From the NCBI GenBank assembly GCA_014874265.1, contig JACWAM010000109.1, positions 4,808 to 68,807 on the forward strand: DNA of 64,000 bases. The letters run 5' to 3'. This document shows, piece by piece, positions 57,109-64,000 of this stretch (its first letter is position 1; every line of letters begins with the position of its first letter). The position numbers and the translations under genes are program-made. Source of the stretch: Thermoleophilia bacterium. Lineage in GTDB: Bacteria > Actinomycetota > Thermoleophilia > BMS3ABIN01. Below the pieces are notes generated by a model that made no database searches, had not been told where the DNA came from, and saw only the letters and a program-made list of their open reading frames with translations.

Positions 57109-58464
57109 TTATTTGCCAATCCGTCGTTCACGGGACGAAGGAATGGCTGCTTCCTCGCGGTACTTGGCGACGGTCCGGCGAGAGATGCTGATGCCATCCT
57201 GATTAAGAATTACTGTCAATTTTTGATCCGATAGCGGACGGCGGCGGTCTTCCGCCGCGACCAGCTCTTGCAGGCGTTTCTTCACGGCGGTGGCGGCCAG
57301 CGGACCTTCAGCCGCCCGGTAGCCCGCTGAGAAGAAATAACGCATCTCGAAGACCCCGTAGGGGGTGCTCATATACTTGCCGACGATGGCGCGGCTGATC
57401 GTAGAAGGATGCACATCCAGCTGCGCCGCCACATCAGCCAGACTCAACGGCGCCAGCGCGCCGGGACCGCGCTGAAAAAAATTCTGCTGCGCCGCGGCCA
57501 CAGCCCGGGCCACCTTTGTCATGGTAACCCGCCGCTGCTCGACATCGCGGATTAGTTTTCTCGCCTCGGCAATCCTGGAAGTGATGTAGCCGGCGGTTTC
57601 GGTATCGCGGTCGCTGGCGCCCGCGTCCGCCGCAATTTTTTGATACTGTTTGTTAATCCTGAGCCTGGGAAGCAACTCCCGGTTGGCCAGGACCTCAACG
57701 CCTTCGCTGCCAGGATGGACATAAACGTCCGGGATGATCGCCGCCGGCGGCTCGTCGCTGTCAAATAACGATCCCGGCGATGGATTCAGGCCGCGAATTA
57801 TTTCCATGGCTTTTTCCATCTGCGCCGGCGAAGCATTTAGTTCGCGGGCGATTTCCCTGGTTTTGCCCTTGCCGGCGGCCGCCAGATGATCTTTAACGAT
57901 TACCTGCGGAAGGCGGCCGGCGCCCATCTGGCGCAGCTGGATCAGGAGGCACTCCGGCAGCGAGCGGGCCCCGACTCCGGGAGGGTCAAAGCCCTGAACG
58001 ACGGCGAGCGATTTAAGTACGGCGGGGGCCGGGTTGCCGAGCGCCGCGGCGATATCCTCAACTGAATCGCGCAGGTAGCCGCGGCTGTCCAGGCTGGCGA
58101 TAATGGCCAGCCCCGGCCTCATTTGAGACGCCGGCAGATTTTCCAGAGCCAGTTGCAAATTCAGGTGATCCGTGAGAGTAACCGGGGTCGAGACAAGCTC
58201 GGATGAGTCTAGCGGGGGCGCTGCCGAGCGGCGGCGCTTGCCGGCACGGTTAGCGGCTTCCAGATCCTGCCAGAGCTTTCTGGCGCCGGCGGCGGTGTCA
58301 GGGCCCGCGGGCTCGGGGATTTCCAGGACGGGGTTCTCTTCCAGGTTTTTCTGAACCAGCTCCATCAGCTCGGGGGCGGCCATTCGGAGAATTTTGAGGC
58401 TTTGATAGAGGCGTGGGGAAAGCTTCTGCTCCTGCCGCGCCGATGGGGAAGGCCTGATCTTCAT
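57109..58464 (-). CDS. rpoN: RNA polymerase sigma-54 factor.
   Basis: N-terminal activator-interaction region (LSPRLYQSLKIL), and the C-terminal RpoN box ARRTVAKYRE. Confidence 0.85.
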   Translation of the reverse strand: MKIRPSPSARQEQKLSPRLYQSLKILRMAAPELMELVQKNLEENPVLEIPEPAGPDTAAGARKLWQDLEAANRAGKRRRSAAPPLDSSELVSTPVTLTDHLNLQLALENLPASQMRPGLAIIASLDSRGYLRDSVEDIAAALGNPAPAVLKSLAVVQGFDPPGVGARSLPECLLIQLRQMGAGRLPQVIVKDHLAAAGKGKTREIARELNASPAQMEKAMEIIRGLNPSPGSLFDSDEPPAAIIPDVYVHPGSEGVEVLANRELLPRLRINKQYQKIAADAGASDRDTETAGYITSRIAEARKLIRDVEQRRVTMTKVARAVAAAQQNFFQRGPGALAPLSLADVAAQLDVHPSTISRAIVGKYMSTPYGVFEMRYFFSAGYRAAEGPLAATAVKKRLQELVAAEDRRRPLSDQKLTVILNQDGISISRRTVAKYREEAAIPSSRERRIGK

Positions 58465-58616
58465 GATAATAGTTTAATCTTTCTCCGTTAATGATTCACG
58501 CTTGCACGGATTAAATGCGAGGAGTCAAATACGTGAGAGCGAATACAATCGATTGGCAAAGATCATAATCAAGCTCCCGAGTTAAATAACTTTGAACTTC
58601 GAGCGTGGAACTCAAA

Positions 58617-59435
58617 CTAGTAGTACGACAGGCTGCCGTCTTTTTTCGCCCGGCCAACCGCAAAGCTGAAGATCACCAGGCTGATGGGAAGCATAATCAG
58701 CGAGAATAAAACCAGATTGACGAGATTGCCGGCAATGGCGGTAAATCCGGCTCCTTCAAGGAGCGACAGCCGGATTGCTTCCAGCGCATAAGTGATCGGG
58801 AGCAGATGGGAAATATCCTGTAGCCAGCCGGGCATGATCGAGATCGGGTAATAGACGCCTCCGAGTAACGTTGAGGAAGTGCTGAAAATATATGCGATCG
58901 GATCTCCTCTTTTGAAAAGCATGATGAAGCTCGCGGAGATTACCCCCAGACTGCTGAAAGCGATCACGGTCAGCACCAGCGCCACCAGCGCCGGCAGGAT
59001 ATTGGCTCCGGACAAATCAAGACCAAAAGCAATCGCCCCCACAAGCAGGTAGACGCCCACTCTCAGAGCGGTGAAGGTGAAGTCCCATTGTACTGAAGAG
59101 AGGATAATATTGGAGAGCCGCGTCGGCGTTACCAGCATCGCCTCCAGCGTGCCCATCATCTGTTCGGCGCGGATGCTGGTGGAGAAACTGCCCAGGCCCA
59201 CGCCCAGGAAACTGGAAAAGGCGATGCCAATCACCACGAATGAGAAATAATTACCGCCGTACGCCTTCAAGGCATGATGGACGCTGGGAGCGCCGCCGAG
59301 CAATTTGGCGACGAAGTAAAACATTGCCACCTGGAAAAATATTCCCGTAAACTGAAGCACGAAGGAGAAACGGTAGCTGACCTCCAGCAGGAAGTCCTTC
59401 TTCAGAAAAGCCATCGGTTTGCGAAGGGCGCTCAT
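58617..59435 (-). CDS. ABC-2 type transporter permease.
   Basis: 272 aa, 6 TM helices, downstream of the ABC ATPase. Confidence 0.65.
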   Translation of the reverse strand: MSALRKPMAFLKKDFLLEVSYRFSFVLQFTGIFFQVAMFYFVAKLLGGAPSVHHALKAYGGNYFSFVVIGIAFSSFLGVGLGSFSTSIRAEQMMGTLEAMLVTPTRLSNIILSSVQWDFTFTALRVGVYLLVGAIAFGLDLSGANILPALVALVLTVIAFSSLGVISASFIMLFKRGDPIAYIFSTSSTLLGGVYYPISIMPGWLQDISHLLPITYALEAIRLSLLEGAGFTAIAGNLVNLVLFSLIMLPISLVIFSFAVGRAKKDGSLSYY

Positions 59436-60221
59436 CCTGGCTCCTGTTCCGATTCTTCGACCAGTGACAGGAAATAATCCGAGAGGGAAGCGTCGCCCGA
59501 CAGTTCGCGCACGCCGCCGCAGGCTACCATGACGCCGCCGGACATGATTCCCACCCGGTCACAAACTTCTTCCGCTTCGACCAGCTGATGTGTAGCGATC
59601 ACGACTGTCTTTCCTTGAGCGACGAGCTGCTGCTTGACAAATTCGTGAGTCTGGTGGGAGGCCAGGGGGTCCAGTCCCTTGGTCGGCTCGTCCATAAAAA
59701 AAATGTCTGGATTGGCCAGCAGGCCGCGCGCCAGCCCGAGCCGCTGCTTCATGCCGGTCGAGTACTGGTTGAAGCGGCGGTCGGCGGCCTCGGTCAATCC
59801 CACCTGGCTCAGCAGCGCCGAGATCCGCTCTTCCGCCTGCTGCCGGGGCAGCCCGTAGAGGGCGGCGAAGAACCTCAGATTTTGCCTGCCGGAAAGGCGC
59901 CAGTAGAAGCTGCGCTCCTCACTGGATATCAGCGCCATTGACCCCTTCACCTTAGCCTGCTGCTTGACCAGATCGAAGCCGTTCACCGTAGCGCTGCCGG
60001 AGGTGGGCAGCAGCAGCGTGCAGAGCATCTTTGTCAGGGTGGTCTTGCCGGCGCCGTTGGGCCCAAGCAGCCCGAAGATCTCGCCCCGCTTAACGCTCAG
60101 GTTTATTCCCTGGACCGCTGTGATAGCTTGTTTTTCAAACGGATGCCTGAGAGATGACAGGCCGCGCCGCTTGATAAACTGTTTGGTGAGATCGCGGGTT
60201 TGGATAACCGTGTCGGCCATT
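59432..60221 (-). CDS. ABC transporter ATP-binding protein.
   Basis: Walker A GPNGAGKTT, signature YSTGMKQRL, Walker B IFFMDEPT. The start was chosen at MADTVIQTRDL (60221). The track ORF extends to 60385 with no support. Confidence 0.7.
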
Positions 60222-60237
60222 GGACTGTATTCTAGCA

Positions 60238-61217
60238 TGAGCGATATTACGTCACATATTCGCGAACCCTTTAGCATCGCCGGCGTGTGCGTGGCCAACC
60301 GGCTGGTGCAGGCGCCTATGGCCGGCATCACCGGGCGAGCGTTCCGGTTGCAGGCGCGCCGGTTTGGCGCCGGGCTTCTGTGCACCGAGATGGTCAGCAG
60401 CTACGGCGTCACCTTCGGCAATGGCCGCACCGCTGACATGATGACGCTAACGCCGGCGGAGAATCCGGCGGTCGTACAGCTGTTTGGCAACAAGCCTGAT
60501 GTGATGGCGGAGGCGGCCGTCGCCGCCGAAGCTGCCGGCGCCGACATCATAGATGTCAACATGGGTTGCCCGGTGCGCAAAGTGGTCAAGACAGGGGCAG
60601 GTGTGGCGCTGATGGAGGATGAGGAGTTGGCGGCCCGGATTGTGGCGGCCATCGCCAGCGCGGTGGCGGTCCCGGTAACAGCCAAGATCAGGTCGGGGCT
60701 GCGCGGCAGAGTGACGGCGCCGTCGCTGGGCCGCCGCCTGGAAGAGGCAGGCGCGGCCGCGCTTGCCATCCATCCGCGGCTGGCAGAGCAGGGCCGCGGG
60801 GGAAAAGTGGATCATGCCGTAACAAATCTGCTGGTGAAGCAGTTGGAAATTCCGGTGATCGCCAGCGGCGGCGTGCAGGATCCGGCAGGGGCCGCGGCGG
60901 TGCTTGCCGGCGGCGCCAGCGCTGTGATGGTGGGCCAGGCAGCGCTGGGAAATCCCTGGCTGTTTGCCGATCTGCTGGCGGGAACGGAGCCACACCGGCG
61001 CCCGCTCGCCGAGGTGCTGGCGGAGATGGGACGGTTCTACACCGATCTTGTCGTGGAGCACGGTAAAGAGCGCGCCGGCCGGGCCATGCGGAAATTCTAC
61101 GGGTGGTACTTAAAGCCGTTTAAGTCGGGGACAGGGCTGACAGAAGCGCTGCGGCGGTCTGGCAGCTTTGAGGAGGCGGCAGTCATGATCAGGGAGAAGT
61201 ATCAACTGAACTACTAA
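60238..61217 (+). CDS. dus: tRNA-dihydrouridine synthase.
   Basis: NRLVQAPMAGIT FMN-binding N-terminus and a TIM-barrel Dus core. The start was taken at MSDITSHIREPF. The track ORF 59964.. is over-extended. Confidence 0.75.
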
Positions 61218-61369
61218 TCTGCTTGGTGACATAAAGCACCCGAAGCTTCTTCCGGTCACCATAAGCACTTCGCTTGGCTCAGCTTAAAAAAACTGCGCGA
61301 AGGATATGCATCTTTAAAAAGAGCAGCTTCTTCGGTCGCTGCGCTCACCAAGAATGAGAGCAACTGGAG

Positions 61370-62266
61370 TTAATGCAATGCTTTAGCCTGGTTGTCCAGC
61401 TGCTTCGCTTGCGTTTGCATCTGGTCGTAGCCGTTAAGGAGTGGAACAACATTAAGGATCATCCACTGGTCAACATCGTCCGCGGTGGACTTTAACTCCA
61501 GCAGCCTGGCCACAAGTACCTGGGCGCTGGACTCACCCTGGGACTGGCTCCCGGAGGCGACCGCCGCCGCTAAGCGGGAGGCGAGATCGGCAACATCGGC
61601 GTCGCCGCTGAATTTTTGAGACAGTTCGGTCAGCAGATCAAAACCAGTCTGGGCGCGGCGCTGGTCCAGTTGTTGCTGGATAGTGCGCATTGATTTTGAC
61701 ACATTTTCCAGAGATGTGCGCGCGGCGTCCGGATTGGCCTGTAGCTCCGCGATCGCTGTCTGCAACTGACCCAGCAGTCGATCCGTGTCATTAAGTGATT
61801 GGAAGATGACATCGCCGGACCCGTATAGCTGCTTTAACTTGGCAACCGCTTTATGGAGATTTCCAATCTGTTTGAGCCGGAGGCGCGCGACGGAGGTCTT
61901 TTTCTGAAGATAATTTCGGTAGCCGCCGGGAAGCCGGGCCAGGCCGGCGGCCGAGCTTGCCTCTCTGTCTGCCTGCCGGATTTCGGACTCGGCCCGGTTC
62001 AAATGCCGGGAGTACTGATCCAGCAAGTTCTGTTCCTGGTGAATCTCATTCACGGAACTGAAGCCGGCTGTCTTCAGGGCGCCAACATCGATAGATGCGA
62101 CGAGGCGGTTGGCCTGCCTGATACTCGAGTTGGCGGCCGCCAGGTCGTTGTTGGCCCTGGCAGTCTGAAACTGCGGGAAGAAAAGCCAGCCACCACCGGC
62201 AAGGATCACCGCCGCCGCACCGGCCCCGGCGATCATCCATCTTTCCCGTCTTGAGATGCCGGTCAT
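61370..62266 (-). CDS. Membrane-anchored coiled-coil protein, hypothetical.
   Basis: N-terminal TM followed by about 270 aa rich in Q/A/L heptads. Confidence 0.35.
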   Translation of the reverse strand: MTGISRRERWMIAGAGAAAVILAGGGWLFFPQFQTARANNDLAAANSSIRQANRLVASIDVGALKTAGFSSVNEIHQEQNLLDQYSRHLNRAESEIRQADREASSAAGLARLPGGYRNYLQKKTSVARLRLKQIGNLHKAVAKLKQLYGSGDVIFQSLNDTDRLLGQLQTAIAELQANPDAARTSLENVSKSMRTIQQQLDQRRAQTGFDLLTELSQKFSGDADVADLASRLAAAVASGSQSQGESSAQVLVARLLELKSTADDVDQWMILNVVPLLNGYDQMQTQAKQLDNQAKALH

Positions 62267-63567
62267 GCGCCGCTGCCGGAAAGAACAAAATCTTCCCAGC
62301 CCTTCTTGAAATCAGCCCAGCTCGATCCGAGAACGTCACGGAAGACTCCATCGACCAGCTTGGCCTGATCTCCTCCCTGAAGGCTGTTTTTCTGAAACGC
62401 ACGCAGCAGGTCAAACGTTTTTTGGTTGCCATATTTCTGCTCCAGGTAAAGTACGGCTGTGTCAGCCTCTTCGTACGCCAGGTCGGCGGCGGCATTGCTG
62501 AGCAGCACTTGAAAGCCGCTCGGCTGGTAGAGATCATCCAGCGTCGGATTAAAGGAAACTCCGGAGTTGAGCTTCTCGCGGATCGGTGCCGAGGCCTTCT
62601 GCCCGCCGACATAGTCAGCAAGCCCCTCCACCAGAAACGGCGGCGTCCGCGAACCCTGATAGGGAAAGGTTGCGATGTGGGTCATTTCGTGGCCGATCAT
62701 TTTTCGGTTGTAACCCGGAGTGTCTGAGTTTCCCTCCTGGTAAAGCGCCGCGTCAATGATGATTTCGCCCCCCTGGGCTGCGGTGGAACCAAGCTTCCGG
62801 GCGGCGCCGCCGGTCCACTCCTGCCACTCTCCCGGATATGCTTGATCGATCTGCTGTTTTGAATCAAACACTTTCACCGGGATCAGCGGCAATGACGTCC
62901 CCGGAATCACCTGCTGGAGCCGCGGGTAAGCGGCGTCGCCTTCCTGGATCAACTGGCGCGCCGTGGCCTCGTTGCCCGGGTGGTAGAGCACCAGCAGGTG
63001 CGCGCCCTTCATCACAGTCACCGGCCCGAAATCCCAGAGCTCGGCGTCACGAGGCTTTCCCAGCGTGTTTAAGGTGGCGTCCCCGGAAAGCCTCCAGCCA
63101 TCCTTTTCCCTGACCAGGAGGAAGGCGGCGCGCGCCGGCTCCGGCAGCCCGGTAAAACTCCCGGAAAAGGTATAGGAGATGCGGACCTTTGCGGTTTCCT
63201 GTGCGGGGTTTGACTGACTGGTTGAATCGAGGGTGATCTGGTAACGGGAAAAGGGCACAGCCTTGAGCTTGTCGAAAAGGTTAAGCTGCTGTTGGTCAAA
63301 GGCGCCGCTGGCCGGATCAAGGAGGGAGGCGAATCTGTTCCTGTCCTTGTCAACCAGAGCCTGGCCGTATGATGTCAAGACTTGCTGGATGGCACTGTCG
63401 CCGGGAGGCGGGTTGCCGGTGGATGCCGGCGCGGCCCAGTCAATATTGGCCGGCCTGGAGATTGTGCAGCCGGTCGCCAGTAGCAAAGCGGCCGCGAGAA
63501 AGATGGCCAGTAAAATTTTGCTCGCTGGACCGCTGGCGCGGATATGACTGCGGACATCCGGATTCAT
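62263..63567 (-). CDS. Lipoprotein, putative zinc metallopeptidase (HExxH).
   Basis: Lipobox LLATGC and a C-terminal HEMTH zincin motif. 434 aa. Confidence 0.45.
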   Translation of the reverse strand: MNPDVRSHIRASGPASKILLAIFLAAALLLATGCTISRPANIDWAAPASTGNPPPGDSAIQQVLTSYGQALVDKDRNRFASLLDPASGAFDQQQLNLFDKLKAVPFSRYQITLDSTSQSNPAQETAKVRISYTFSGSFTGLPEPARAAFLLVREKDGWRLSGDATLNTLGKPRDAELWDFGPVTVMKGAHLLVLYHPGNEATARQLIQEGDAAYPRLQQVIPGTSLPLIPVKVFDSKQQIDQAYPGEWQEWTGGAARKLGSTAAQGGEIIIDAALYQEGNSDTPGYNRKMIGHEMTHIATFPYQGSRTPPFLVEGLADYVGGQKASAPIREKLNSGVSFNPTLDDLYQPSGFQVLLSNAAADLAYEEADTAVLYLEQKYGNQKTFDLLRAFQKNSLQGGDQAKLVDGVFRDVLGSSWADFKKGWEDFVLSGSGA

Positions 63568-64000
63568 CGCTTTTTGCCCGGCCGTTTTGGTTTTGCCAGC
63601 AGTTTTTTCATTTGGCCCAGGGTGAGCGTATTCAGGACGGTCGCTGGTTCGATCCAGCCGCGGCGAGCGGTGGCGATGCCGTATTTGAGGTCGAGGCCTC
63701 CAGGGGTGTGGGCGTCGCTGTTTATTACCAGCCTGACGCCGGCCTCCTGGGCAGCGCGGGCATGGCGGTCGTTTAAGTCGAGCCGCTGGTAATGGGAGTT
63801 GATCTCGAGGGCGGTGCCGGTGGCGGCAGCCAGGCTGATTATGTCTTCAATGTCAACCTGATAAGACTCCCGGCGGTTGATAATCCGGCCAGTAGGGTGG
63901 CCAATGGCGCGGACGTACGGGTTCTCCATCGCCGCCTGGAGGCGTTTTAAAAGCTGCGGCGGCTTCTGGCCAAAGCCGGAATGGATGGAAACGGTAACAA
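63564..64000 (-). CDS. PHP-domain phosphoesterase, C-terminal part. The gene continues beyond the right edge.
   Basis: VINSDAHTPGGLD and GHPTGR PHP motifs. The reading frame is open to the window end upstream of the annotated Met. Confidence 0.55.
   Translation of the reverse strand, partial: VTVSIHSGFGQKPPQLLKRLQAAMENPYVRAIGHPTGRIINRRESYQVDIEDIISLAAATGTALEINSHYQRLDLNDRHARAAQEAGVRLVINSDAHTPGGLDLKYGIATARRGWIEPATVLNTLTLGQMKKLLAKPKRPGKKR

Noticed and set aside
59964-60385. Long N-terminal extensions of the dus and ABC ATPase ORFs in the track.
   Set aside because: Both extensions lack homology-like sequence, overlap each other on opposite strands, and are Arg/Pro-rich. Conserved N-terminal motifs (NRLVQAPMAG; QTRDLTKQF) begin just after the downstream Met codons.

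Overview
This is a 64 kb, high-GC (about 62%) chromosomal segment of an anaerobic Gram-positive-type bacterium. The lineage is inferred from gene order: glmU-prs-ctc-pth-mfd and ksgA-ispE match Firmicute synteny. No CRISPR array, integrase, transposase or obvious phage block is visible.

Recognisable content, from left to right:
- a glycosylation block (partial GT2, a GT87/DUF2029-like membrane protein, TrpB2);
- a glycoside or low-molecular-weight-thiol-like biosynthetic trio (OtsB-like HAD phosphatase, PIG-L/LmbE deacetylase, an unusual PHP-GT4 fusion);
- the selenocysteine insertion module selA-selB-tRNA-Sec(UCA);
- a zinc-ribbon protein plus an MrfA/YprA-type DUF1998 helicase that has no canonical start codon;
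- a siroheme-dependent alternative heme (Ahb) cluster (cobA/hemD fusion, two radical-SAM AhbC/AhbD enzymes, ahbB, ahbA, resB, ccsA, sirC, hemA, hemC), interrupted by a 770-bp non-coding island;
- SurE, a HAD hydrolase, and a GT4 / polysaccharide-deacetylase / UPF0104 membrane trio;
- a three-gene 2-hydroxyacyl-CoA-dehydratase-like (HgdA/B-like x2) plus BadF/HgdC-type activase module of unknown substrate;
- trxA, eno, mazG, two tandem prsA paralogs, mfd, pth, ctc, prs, glmU, tRNA-Gln(UUG), ispE, ksgA, dedA, a GGDEF cyclase, rpoN, an ABC-2 exporter pair, dus, and a lipoprotein HExxH protease.

The most interesting unexplained signals are:
- two distant, nearly identical 40/41-aa peptide genes (17822..17944 and 56649..56774) with strong SD sites, their own promoter and terminators, and a conserved ITFECSGW-CSV-VPPAP C-terminus, which may be a new RiPP-precursor-like or small-protein family;
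- a Ser/Thr/Gly-rich reading frame with no canonical start that follows the rpoN stop codon, beside peptide 2;
- a promoter / Rex-type palindrome / terminator unit embedded in the heme cluster, which may be a small RNA;
- a pervasive family of short intergenic tandem and inverted oligo-repeats (GTTCAAAG / TGGAACTT units, and TGGATG / CCATCA units). Some form 20+ bp hairpins. Some read in-frame into the 5' ends of selB and a radical SAM gene.
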